From positions 46,128,001 to 46,192,000 of the forward strand of contig NW_027266286.1 in assembly GCF_022045235.1 (NCBI RefSeq): DNA of 64,000 nt, read 5' to 3'. The notes beneath the pieces are model-generated. The model searched no databases. It had not been told where the DNA came from and saw nothing but the letters and a program-made list of their open reading frames with translations. Below are positions 51,181 through 63,564 of this stretch, one piece after another; position 1 is the first letter of the stretch, and each line of letters starts with the position of its first letter. The translations under genes and the position numbers were made by a program. This stretch comes from Haliotis cracherodii. Its lineage: Eukaryota.

Positions 51181-51430
51181 CCCGTGAAGATTCCGGGGTA
51201 GAATAGGTCTTCAGCAACCCATGCTTGCCGCAAAAGGTGACTATGCTTGTCGGAAAAGGCGACTAACGGGATCGGGTGGACTTGGTTGATGCATCTCATC
51301 GATCCCAATTGCATGGATTGATGCTCATGATATTAATCACTGGATTGACTGGTCCAGACTCTATTATTTACAGACCGCCGTCATATAGCTGGAATATTGC
51401 TGAGTGCGTCGTTAAACAACAAACCAACAA
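51181..51430 (+). mobile_element. GACCCGTGAAG-family SINE-like copy in intron 1 of peptide gene copy 2
   Basis: Aligns with the family. Confidence 0.8.
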
Positions 51431-52443
51431 CACAAAATAATATATATTTGTATTTCTTGTATTTGTTCAGATGAAACTAAAGAAAAAAAAAGAAAGCCCA
51501 GGCTCTATTAAGAGCTAAGTTGAAAAGTGTTCGCCAATGATTCTGTTAAAGAAATCACTCTGATGATATCCATAGTTTTGTGGTTATTTTCTCCCTGTGT
51601 GTTTGGCTAGTGTTTCATGCAGTTCTATTGGCGTACGAAAGTCATCAGTGTCTCACTGAGCCTATGTTTTATGATCTTCCGCAGTTCCAACCGATTCTTC
51701 CGCTGAAATATGAAAATGTTTCCTCGTTTATAACGACCCATTCGATTAGATAATAGATATCATCCCACTTTTGAAAGTTGTTTTTTATTTATATTTTTTT
51801 ATGAACCAGATTTGAACTACGGAGTTAAAGTGTGAACCACGTTTGTCAATATTCTCAAACAAAGATAATTAAATATACATTTTTGTCTCACAGCTGTTCT
51901 CTATGAAGACGAGCAGGGATGAGTAAAACACACACAATGATATGAATTGACTCAAATATTGATTACTGTGCGTAGCCAGATTCTTCCTAATACTGGTCGA
52001 TATGAGGCAATTCATGTTGATGTTGGTTATTTTGGAAACAGACCTGTACTTTCAAATAAGCGGTTGTGAGGGTAGATTCAGTACACGTGGTGTTCCTTCA
52101 AAATGGATTTCGCCAAAGTGAGATTTTGTATTGGATTCTGATTCAGAAACCTCAAGTTAAAAAAAACCGAAACACGGTTGGTTTGACTCGAATCTACCCT
52201 GACAAAGTGACCGCTGATAACCGAAGTCCTTTGGTGATAATAATTATAATTAGTTTTTATTCTCACTTTGGAATTTTTTTGAACATCCATCTAACCCCTA
52301 TATGTATAACTGAATTACTTTTAAGAGTGGCATTAAAACAAAATACACTAACACACACACACTTGCTTTTAGTTGTCCACCATTTGTCTTCCTGTAATTA
52401 TAATGCATAACTGATTCTTTTATGTGCCATTCTCTGTTTCCAG

Positions 52444-54148
52444 ATGAGACTGCTCGTAGTGTTCCTCCTGATGGCTTTGATTGTTTTCCCCACCGAGGGT
52501 CGTCGTCGTCGCAGATGGCTCCGTATCAGAGGCAGTAAGGTTCTCGCTGGCCTTGCTGTTGCTAGCAAACTGGGACAGATAGGAAAGAGAGGCAAGGCAA
52601 TGCTGATAACCATCCGATCTTCAACTTTTGTAGTGCCAAATTAACAATGATAACTATCAACATACATATAGTAACAGTCATTATATGGTAGATGTGGCGT
52701 TAAATCCTAAAACACATACTCACTCATTCAGTTATCTACATCTAAAAAAATGACGGGAAAGAATTATTCATTTAATTTCTTTTTAAATCAGGGCGCTCGT
52801 CATGACCTCGATGACCCGGGTTCGATTCCCGACATGGGTACAATGCGTTAAGCACATTTCTGGTGTTCCCTGCCATGATATTGCTGGAATATTGCAGAAA
52901 GCGGCGTAAAACCAAACTCACTCTTTGAAATCGTTTCAACAAATTATATCACGCGAGTGTTGCTTTAAAGTTATGTCCAGTGGAGTTCCCTTTTTTGACT
53001 TGTTCCCCATACAAACGCTACAAACAACCATGTTGATTTTTGTTGTGAAATGTAGAGAACAATATCATATTGTAGAAAATAATAATGTCCCAAGACCTGA
53101 GGGACACGTGAGGTCCTTAGAGGTCGTTGGCACGCATTATATTTTGCTTATAATAAGGGACGATTAAATGGGATCGGCCGTGAATTTCGATGTCTTGGTT
53201 GATTGCAAATATTGTAACCTGACGTTGAACATAATGCTAACCAGTGGTTAATCTTGCCTAGAGATTTATATTTACAGGCTGGCATGGAAAAATTGATATA
53301 CAGTCAACTACGATTTTAACGAACACGCTTATAACGATTTGACGGATAAAACGTACTGTTGTTTTTGCCCCGGGGATTTGCTGTATATATCATGTATATA
53401 TGCTTATAATGAACTACGGTTATAACGAACTAAAATTGATGGTCCCTTTGCGTTTGTTATAACCGTAGTTTAATGTTTGGCTGACTGCAGCATAACACAA
53501 CAAACAAACATACCATTGAATAACATACGTGTCTTGTTTGTCAATTAAAACATCGTTTTTACATCTAGGTATAATAATGAATTATTCTGTTGTGGAAGAA
53601 CTGCCTTGTTTCTGTACTGATGAAGACATTAACGAACTCACAATTCATGTAATCCGTCACATATTTTCTAGATGTGCAAAATGAACTTACCTCTGCTGAT
53701 CTGAATAAGGATGGGAACACTGACCAAACAGAAGCTGAGAATCTCTTCGATAAACGCGATGCGGAACAAATCCTGGAAATGCTTGACATAGATGGCAAGT
53801 ACCGAAATAGCAGATGCATGGGAATGTCTTTTTTATCGCAACGAGAGATTGCTTTGTGCTTCACGTCTGAACATAACATGTGAAAGAGTACAATGTACTT
53901 AGCGTGACATAATTGTTGCTTCTTGTAAGCAGTTTATAAAAAAATCCCTGATCACCAGTTTACCATGACCGTAAACGTTGCAGAGTCCTTGCAACTGTGT
54001 TGCTTCAGTTCTCGTACATAATATATCTTGCAGTGTCTTGACTTTTTTGATTGTATACCTGCAAATTTGATTAAGCATTCCTTATTTCCTCTTTCTGTGT
54101 ACAGGTGACTCAGTTGTAAATCATGATGAGTTCATCCGAGCAGTGTAA
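52444..54148 (+). CDS. Cationic peptide/EF-hand precursor, copy 2 (104 aa, slightly truncated; possibly decaying)
   Basis: Exons 52444-52591 (donor GC-AAGG), 53672-53794 (donor GC-AAGT) and 54105-54164, with TAA at 54146-54148 where the paralogues have GAA. The former last coding exon is at 54276-54286. Product: MRLLVVFLLMALIVFPTEG | RRRRRWLRIRGSKVLAGLAVASKLGQI | GKR | DVQNELTSADLNKDGNTDQTEAENLFDKRDAEQILEMLDIDGDSVVNHDEFIRAV*. Confidence 0.75.
52793..52923 (+). mobile_element. Short tRNA-derived SINE (5'-truncated)
   Basis: B box and 3' body of the 11011 family. Confidence 0.7.
53301..53475. mobile_element. MITE, same family as 23763-23938
   Basis: Aligns end to end with 23763-23938; lies in intron 2 of peptide gene copy 2. 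Confidence 0.75.
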
Positions 54149-54347
54149 CACCTTTTCTCTCAGGGTGGGTGTTCTATTTTATCGAATATAATTATAATAT
54201 ATCATGGATTTCTCAAATGATGATATGCGTACCACTTCTCTCGTTATCAAGGAATGTTTTCGTTTTTTGTTTTAGATGCTGCATAGATACATTCGACACA
54301 AATCCAAGATGAAATAACGTGTCAGATTTTCTACACTGATGTTTGAA

Positions 54348-54353
54348 AATAAA
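54348..54353 (+). terminator. Polyadenylation signal of peptide gene copy 2
   Basis: AATAAA in the 3' UTR position homologous to copies 1 and 3. Confidence 0.65.
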
Positions 54354-55519
54354 TCATTGCTGCACAAACTCTTCAACAATTGTTGTTTGTCACCTAACCT
54401 TACAGTCACAGTTCAATTAACCTTTTTGAAAAGACCAATGTCATATTCAACTACAAGAATATGTGTAAGATTCGTATATTTTGATTCCAGGTGTTTCACG
54501 TAAATAAATAATACAAAACCCTTCCTATATCATTTGTTCATAAAAATAAAAGCGACAAAACCATGTAGGTCAGGTCTCACCTGTAAATAAAGTGATCAGA
54601 ATAGGTCTTGAACTTGCGTTTGGAAAGAAAGGAGAGACCCCTTCACAAACACCTGACAAGGGTGCACCGTAAGAACATGAATTGTTGGTTTGAGACTAAA
54701 TAGATCCCCCTTGTTCACCACAGAACACCGACAGAAGGATTATGATTTTGTATTGTATCAGAGAATTGGCTGAATCCGAGGAATAATCTTATTACATGCT
54801 GATGTCAGAACATGCATGCAGAACATTCAATAGTGGATTTGTACCTATATGCATCTAGGAAAATGTTCGGGGGCAAAGGTGGCATTTTGTTGGATCAGAA
54901 ATCTGTGATCGTAGATTCGAGTTCCGGTTCATCCTGTTTATATTTCTGAGTTTGTCAGCATCATACGCTTGCTCCTGGGACCTACATCACTTCGACCTTG
55001 CTCCCCCGTCAAGCTGACACTCAAAGTGGCGTTTAACCCACAAACACTGGGCAAGTGTTCGATGTCATCGTTGGTCTGTAACCTCGTACTGATATGCACC
55101 TTAGAGGGACTCTTGAAATGTTCTAAGCCCATGCATTCTATATTCGCCGCTTATTTAAGGCCACATGACATGTGTTACGAGGGAGCATAAGACTGCAAAG
55201 AAACATATAAATAAATGTGTTTGCAAGATGGGCATCTATCGTTGTGAAATAACATCGTATTTATCATGTTAAATTTTACTAAAATGTATGCAATCAGTGA
55301 CTTTTATCACGAATAGCAATGTTTAAGGCGGTAGTAAATTACAATGTATGTGAATAGTACCATGAGTATACAGGAGGTGCATTTAAGTATTTAGTGGATG
55401 GACAAATATATAGTGAACAGCAAAAGAAAGTCAAGTTTTAAACAGTGATGGGGTCAGGTATATACTGTTGAGGAAGTAAACAATGTAAACGTCTTCCTGA
55501 ATCGTATCATTACAATGAA

Positions 55520-56395
55520 ACGCAAGTTGCAAATGAGATACGACCAACATCATTGGCGCAAACGCAACGTCCAAAACGTTGGTGTGGGCACGTTGCGAAA
55601 GGTTCTTGTAAACATGTTTAACACATGGTAGCTATGGTTATAACGCCACAAAAAGCATCGACGACCACGTAGTGGTCGACCCATCGTCATCACACCTGGA
55701 CAAGATGGTCATATCCGCAAGAAGTTGCAGAAACGATTCACCAGGGCCACTGAAATAGCTTGGCAAACAGTGGACATTTAGTCAGTGCCGACACAGTCCG
55801 ACGTCGTCGAAGGACCAACGACGTCTTATGCCATCGTCCAGGTCCCCATTCTTACAAACCGTAACCGACAGGAACGACTTTGACTGGCCACACAGCATGA
55901 ACATTGGCGTCATCAGCAATGGAGGGCCATCATCTACAATGATGAGAGAGTCGATATTGCATCTCAACGTCGGATGGTAGAATCAGGGTAGGCGAAAGGG
56001 GGACGAACGGTAACGAATTGTAAAAGGGGCAATCCATGCATCATGTTTTGGGGAGGAATAAGACGGAAGCAGCGAGCTGGACCCGTGGTCTTTCAGAACA
56101 TAGGCCACGGCAGGTATAATGGCGTCACTGCTATCTGCAACACCGACCACGTTTTCAGACCGTAGGTCCTGCCGAGGTACGCCCGTCACTGGAAATACGT
56201 ATTCCAGCTGGACAACGCCCGTCCCTATACGGCTATAGTCAACAGTGACTTCCAACAGTAGCACAACATCTCGATCATACTTTGGCCCGCCCTCAAGGCG
56301 AGTGGCAAAAACGGACTTTCTCCGCTGTTTTACACACGTATACTAATATTTGAAACAAAACATGTTGATACATTTCGTTTGCTGCTGAATAAGTA
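55520..56395 (+). mobile_element. Decayed Tc1 transposase
   Basis: Frame-broken motifs RPRSGRP, VSADTVRRR, QWRAIIYNDE, FQLDNARPYTA and LWPA are diagnostic of Tc1-type DDE transposases. Confidence 0.85.
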
Positions 56396-56532
56396 TAATA
56401 TTAGATGTTTAAACGTCACATCTTGAGAATATGAAGCTCCACCCCACTATAACGATGTTATATTATAATCCTCAACATCCTGTGCCTCGGGCATTGTAAA
56501 CTTTTTCAGTTCAATGTGCATGAAGGGTTTTG

Positions 56533-56744
56533 TACGGAAGCGTAGTAGGGCCACGGTGAAAGTTTTTGTGTCTAAGAATCTACTACGTAGGACTTAGTAT
56601 CTTCCACGTAGGACTTAGTATCTCATAAGATAGTAAGTCCTAAGTAGGAAATAGTAATTATAAGACCTACGTAGAAGATACTAAGTCCTGCGCAGCAGAT
56701 CTTAGACAAAACAATTGTCACCATGGCCCCACTACGCTTCCGTA
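56533..56744. mobile_element. Non-autonomous DNA transposon, IS3EU-like
   Basis: Long imperfect TIRs TACGGAAGCGTAGT...ACTACGCTTCCGTA with 6-bp target-site duplication GTTTTG (56527-56532 and 56745-56750). Confidence 0.8.
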
Positions 56745-57371
56745 GTTTTGCAAACAAATTACAATTTTATTCCCAGGCTACTGCGGGATAAAATATGGAA
56801 AAATTGAAAAAATGTCCATAACTCTCCACAAAAACGATGTGTTTAGTTACATTCCTCAAGACCAGTGCCATTCAAATAGTCCTCGTAAGAGTGCCCGGAA
56901 ATGCCTTCTCAATGTACGTCCTTTGATCTGACCTGGTCCGATCCTCCGTGTCGCAACCTTTTCCTAATTACATGTTACTGGCATGTCCTAAGGTGGACTA
57001 CCACTCTGTTTAGGACTACATATTTTGGGAAGCGACTATAATGTACCCTAACGTATCAACACAACTGTATAAAAGTCAGAAAAAGCGAGAGTAACGCTTT
57101 CAAATCGCTCACTCCAAACATGCTTTTAAATGGCACCCTGGTTAATCTGACAATTCAGAATTAACCATCAAGCACTTCTTGATTTAATACAGTTGCTGAA
57201 CCAATCTTTGCAATATTTTGTTTGGCGCAAATCCAGTCAACTTGTTTCCTTTCTGACATTTATGGCGACCTCAATACTAGTTTTTAGTGTCTTCGTGTTT
57301 CCAAATTTTTTATAATCTTCATTAACAATACCATTCGGTTCTTGTTGGATTTGTCCGCTGACTGACATTTA

Positions 57372-57645
57372 GTTGATTGGTTAGCTGGTATGTTGTTTTA
57401 CGCGACACTCAGCAATATTCAAGCTGTATGACGGGGGTCTGTAAATAATCGGGTCTGGACCAGACAATCCAGTGTTTGATATCATGAGCATCGATCCGCG
57501 CAATTGGGATACGATGACATGCATCAACCAAGTCTGCGAGACTGACAACCCGATCCCGTTAGTCGCCTCTTACGACAGGCTTAGTCGCTTATTACGGCAG
57601 GAATGGGTTGCTGAAGACATATTCTACCCCGGACCTTCACGGGTC
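57372..57645 (-). mobile_element. GACCCGTGAAG-family SINE-like copy (full length)
   Basis: Reverse-complement match. Confidence 0.82.
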
Positions 57646-59344
57646 TGACTGACATTTCGTTAATGCCTTTTCCAGTAGTATGATACATGATATTTGAAGA
57701 TATTCAACGGTTTTCCACCGTGACGTCAAATGAAGTGACAATACAATACAAATGCCACCGATACACATTTATAGCCAAGAGTTTTGAAATGATAAAACAA
57801 GCATATGTATGACACATGTTTTGATCGTTTACAGACGCTTCTTTTTGTTTTTGGTACTGAATTCTAGGGATTGTTTGTTTGTTGTGACACTATACTCCTT
57901 CGTGTAAATAAGCCTTTGTTGCGTATGAAGGACAACATTGTCATCACAACATATAAACAATAAACACAAAAATATGGGTGGAACTTAGCTTACATCACAA
58001 ACACAACCATAAGCGGAGACACGGCTCGGACAGGTATAGGTAGGTATATATTCTTCATACATGCATATGTTATACATTGAAATATAGCTTGTTAATGGAT
58101 TATGAAATAATATAGTCTGTAACGCGAAGAGCAGATGACAACTTATTTTGATGAATAGCTCTCTTGTGTACTCTGTATCATTTATGTGGACTGATATGTC
58201 AAGTTTAGTGTTGTATAAAGTATCAATCGTTGACGTTGCTACGCCCGGATGCGATGGGAGTGAGTGAAAATATCTACAATTTCTGTCTTGGATTTGGCTA
58301 CAGAATCGGAACTGCTAAATGAAATGTCTAATGGTGGTCAGTAGAGGATATCTGCGCCATATTCACTTTTTATCATAGCGGTATATCAGGAAATCACACA
58401 CCGCGTTAACAGTTTTGCATAACATTATAAATGATAGCATTTAACTTTTTAACTTTTTAATTCCCTCATACGTCTAATATGCGGAGATATTCTTTTTATG
58501 GCGTCATGCAGTGCAACGAGGTTGCAATGCAGGGACGTCATAGTATAAAAAATATCACAGCGCAAATTCTATTCACCATTTTATTCACCTATGACCAAAG
58601 CCATACATGTACGTATACACGACCTGTCGTAGTATGTGAATAAATTCCCTTAACTTGATATTTTACGCTGGATCTTTGACGTTTTGTGTAATAGCCTCCT
58701 GACCTGACGCCACCTTAAACACCATTTCACTTATATGTGTAAGCTTAAATACACAACGAAAGTTCACAAAGAATAGGCTTCAGGGCTGGATAAAATAATG
58801 AATTGTTTATTCACGTAGTAAGTACGCAATATCTTTCAATATATCCTTACGTAGCTATACGTTGGCACAAATGCCATTTGTTCAATATATCCGATTAAAA
58901 GGTTTTTTTTGTCTATGATCCCGTAGCTCTATTATAATGTTTTCAAAGATAATATGAGACAGGTATATATTATTATCACAGGATTATGTATACATATCAA
59001 GCAAGGTTTCAAGCTCATCACTCCACCTTTTGTGTAGTGTATAGTGATGTTACAGAGGCTTTCGGCTCAGATTAGAACGCTGAACGAGTGTTCTCGAATA
59101 ATATTTATCTGAGAAATATAGTGTGCCTTTATCCCTCGTAGAGTCTCAATCCTTGGATATTTCAAAGACGCCGTTAATATATATAACACTATGGACGATT
59201 TTGGGTCCATCAAACAAATACTTGTTTTTGTAAAACCCGAAGCAAAAATAAACATTTGCCAGTATTTGCTGATTCATGAAACAAATTAATTTCCCAACCC
59301 CTCTCCTGAATACTTTTAGAGGTGACATTAGGAGACGGTGTTGT

Positions 59345-59820
59345 TTAAGTAAGACTTATATAACTTAACTAGCGCTTTGGCTAAAGCTAGATGTTGATAT
59401 TATTTCTATCCAAATTGAACTAGGGCGGTATATTAACATGCCTTCTGAGGAAGTGTTTTCAGTGTTTGAACATTATGGAAGACGAATGCCATGTTATTTT
59501 CAATTGTCCTGTGTATAATGTTGAGCGATGTAGTTCCCTTAACAAATGGCACACTTCTTAAATTGTATCAGCTCGTGAGATATACAGAAAATACAAGCCT
59601 ATATGTTTACAGATAATATTTCATGTCCTCTTACCAAAAAACTAAAGTGATTTACACAGCTGCTGATCAGCTTCTGTTTTCTTTTGATATGCTAAATACG
59701 TAAATACATTTTAGAAGAGTCTCTCCGATCTCCGTTTGGAGTGGTCCATGCATGTATTGTACTTGTTACAATGTTGTGACGACTTGGAGTAAAAGTGTAA
59801 TACAAATCTGTCTCTCTGTC
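59345..59820 (+). mobile_element. LINE ORF2 3' fragment (C-terminal zinc-finger region) and tail
   Basis: Broken frame ALAKARC...IELGRYINMP...CFQCLNIMEDECHVIFNCPVY, followed by a (TCTG)-type tail. Confidence 0.7.
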
Positions 59821-60692
59821 TGGTTGTCTCGTCAATAGGCAAGATCGGTATTATCATACTAAGATTGATCTCTGGGAATGCAAACTTGTAAATCCTATAT
59901 GTGATCCCCGTTCACCCATTCTCACTCTCACTGGCTGGTATCAGACACAGCTCTAACAGGATGTGGTGACCATAATAAACAGAATATGATTAATGACGTG
60001 AAAAGATGGGCTTAGCTTGGTATGGGTTGCTGTATGTGAACCACAGGTTAAACCTGCCTCGTTAGATGAGTGACTAATGTCATTAGCATGTGACATGTCA
60101 GTGCAACAATATATTGTTGATTTATTTCACAGAAACCATTTGTGATTTTGTGAAAGAACATCTAGAAATGACCTATTTCATTTGTTGGATGTTCTAAACT
60201 GAACAGTCTTTCACCTGTATTGCAGCGATCTGTATATAATCTAGCGCTGACCAGACAAACCAGTGATTGATATCATATGCCATGCACTCCCCCAATCCCT
60301 CAATCGCCACCACCCCTCTCTCTCTCCCTCTTCCCTCTCTCTTCGCTATATGACTGGAATAATGTCGATCCGACGTTAAAGTTTAACTCACTCACTCCCC
60401 TCTCTCTCCTATCTCAAGACAGTGGTGTAATAACACAAAGCATACATTTCATTATATTAATCAGAACCTCGGATTTCCGTCATATCCATCCAATCGTTTA
60501 AGTCGCCTCGTATTTGTCATATTGACACGAAAATGTAACTTACACTAATTGATAGTTATATCTAACTTGCTATCGATTAGTCAGCGCTGATTGGACAGCT
60601 ACGCATATTGTGGTGTCTGAAGTGCTGTTGAATACATTATTCAACGTTGATCCCGTCAAACACCTCAGCTGTGGCAATGATCACATACATTC

Positions 60693-61658
60693 TATATAAA
60701 GTCAACAAGCATGTCCCTGGCATCTGACTTCGAGAGGCTACTCAAGGTAAGTTACTGTGTGTAGATACTATTAAAAGTACGTTGATGATATTGCGTTAAT
60801 TGTACTCATATAGGTTAACAGATGTAGAACCAGTCCTAAAGATGTCTGCATTTGTTTGTCACTCTGGTCCGTAGGGCAGATGTAACGTTCCTCTTGTTGC
60901 AGATTTTAAAAAATACAACTTTATTTTCATTGAAAAGCTCATCAGCGCAAATTCCGTTAATGAAATAACTACAGTATTCTATAGCAATTTATTAAATTAC
61001 GATTCTTTGAATCTTCCAAGATGTGCAGGATGACCTTGCCTCTGCTGATCTGAATGAGGATGGCAACATTGACCAATCAGAAGCTGAGAATCTATTCGAC
61101 AAACGAGATGCGGAACAAATCCTGAACTTGGTTGACATAGATGGCAAGTAACGAAATAGCAGATGTAATGATTTCAACCTGTCATGTGTATGTTTTTATC
61201 ACAATGAAATATGCTATTGAGATTCCTGTCTGAAATTAACTTGTGTATGAGTGGTCAGCCGTCATCATGGCAGTCTCATGGGTCCTTGATATTAAACTGC
61301 TTTATAACTTCAATTCTAATACATATGTTTCAGAGTCATGTATGGATTTGAATATATTCCTGTCGTTTTTGTCTGGCATTCATTGTTTGTGATGGTGTTT
61401 TCAGGTGACTCAGTTGTCAGTCATGATGAGTTCATCCGAGGAATGGAAGACCTTCTCTCACAGGGTGGGTGTTGTTCTGTTTGGATACGGGTAATTTCTT
61501 ATAATATATCACGTGATTTCTCTAATTATTCGTGTAATTTCTGTCTTTCTCATATACAATGTGTTTTTTGTTGTTGTAGGTGACGAGTAGATGCTTTCAA
61601 CACTAGTGCTACAAGTGATATAATATATCAGTGTTTCTATCCGATGCTTGAAAATAAA
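60693..61658 (+). pseudogene. Peptide/EF-hand gene copy 3, lacking the signal+cationic-peptide exon (EF-hand exons intact)
   Basis: TATA at 60693-60700, exon 1 ending 60746, then only 274 nt to the EF-hand exons 61021-61143, 61405-61464 and 61580-61590 (DVQDDLASADLNEDGNIDQSEAENLFDKRDAEQILNLVDIDGDSVVSHDEFIRGMEDLLSQGDE*). AATAAA at 61653-61658. No exon-2 homologue is visible and there is no upstream ATG in the EF-hand frame. Confidence 0.75.
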
Positions 61659-62056
61659 TCATTGCAGAACAAACTGTTGTGTAATTGTTATTTGTCAGTT
61701 TTCGGAGCCTTCAGCAAATGGCTAAAACTTAAAACAAGAAATCTGAAACAGATGCTGTACAACTATTTGAATATATTTCTGACTCTGTTACATGTGTATT
61801 ACATGTGTAATTCGGGTTTAAATATTGACCAACAGAAATGACACAAGACACACAGGACTCCCGTTTTGAATGGCAAAACACACCAGAAGCATGCATTTCA
61901 TAGTAGTTATGGAGGGGCTGCATGAGCCGACACTATGTAAACTATAAACAATACAATGCAAATTGTAATCCAGACTGAAGAAAACAAACAACTGACTAGT
62001 TCCTCATTGTCAGCCTGGACATGACTACGTGTTGTTTAAAGTGGTCATCATGCATG

Positions 62057-62181
62057 ACTGAGTTAGTATGGTTTTACGCCGCTTTTACCAATATTCCAGC
62101 AATATCACGGCGGGGGACACCAGAAATGGGCTTCACACATTGTACCCAGGTCGGGAATCGAACCCGGGTCTTCGGCGTGAC
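62057..62181 (-). mobile_element. Short tRNA-derived SINE (partial)
   Basis: Reverse-complement match to the 11011 family. Confidence 0.75.
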
Positions 62182-63564
62182 CATTTGACCATTAGGCTGG
62201 TAATCATGACATGACAATATCAACCTTATACATATACATGTAGTTCATTAAGGGAGAGCATTGGTCCGAAACGACCTAGCTAGGACCGTCCAAATATTGT
62301 TACATCCACAAAAGACTTAAAGTTTTTTGATAATTACAAAGGACTATTTGCCTTTACGTCTGGGTCGACATTCAATTCCCCTGACAAGGCATGGCCTGTT
62401 TCACGATTGTAATCATGTTAAAACAACACCAGCGAGTTGAAAGGCGTAGTTCATGATCAGTAATGAATAGGAAATCATGTCCGCCAAGAAGAGAAAGTTA
62501 AATTGTACAGCATATGTAACCATGTCGTGTAAGGTGTTCCTCCTACGTCAAGTTGAAATTGTATTCATAGCTTGCGATAAACCCAGCTCACGCGCGTCAC
62601 GCTTTGTGATCGTGAGTCTGTAACATTATAACGATATGCACATTATAATCACTCTGGACATTAGTCGGAGCTTTATTCAAGACCGCATGGGTTAATAATG
62701 CGAGGTTTGATAAATCTGCAACTTAACAGATGTGTAACGAAAGGTCCGTACGCACATTCAATAAATGAATATTCCCCAAATGCCTCAATATGTTTTAAGG
62801 AGGGCATCTACAATACAATTTTGGGATGTACCAACCATGCTCAATGAAGAATGTGGTACATCATGGTTTCACTGCAATGTATACGATCGATATACTCTAA
62901 TCATGAAGAGTATTGTTTTACGCTGCTGTGATTTCAGCACGGGTTTAACGAAAAGTACCATGAACAAGAGGTGCAATTATTTGTACTGTCTCTATTAACA
63001 TTGCATTTCAATTGATAGAAACAGATAATAATTGTTTTTTTCAAACGTCATAGCTTGAGAAAATGATCTACGCTTCACTATGATGATGTAATACTGTTGT
63101 ACATGCAAAATGTCGGACATTGTGACCTGAGGGGTAATGCCAATTCTCAAACACACTCCGTTTTAAAAAAAAGAGAATTATTTCTGTGGTTTTCAATCTT
63201 GAATATGTTGCCAAAAGTGAAAGTCATACATACATATTTTCGAGAAGAAAGGCGAGTTATTATAAGACGCCCTCTACAATTTAGTAAATAGCAGGCAATG
63301 CCGTATTTTGTTGGATGTGAAAAACTCCTTGAGTATGAGTACACACAGGGAGAGAATTATTTCATTTGGACATGCATAAATCACGAGCTGTATGCGGCTA
63401 CAGCAGCATATGGTATGGAGTCAGTATGGATACTTGTGTATTAATATCCATCAATGTCCACAGAAATGCTGTGCTTAGTAATGATCCACAAGTCCAGTGA
63501 CTTTAAAAAAGTTCCCATGGTCATAGCCCCGAAAAGGCCGAAAACATTGTTTTTTCACACAGTA

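Noticed and set aside
60711-60746. ATG at 60711 as a start codon for an EF-hand-only protein from copy 3
   Set aside because: It is only about 10 nt after the TATA box (upstream of the likely start site) and splices into the wrong frame.
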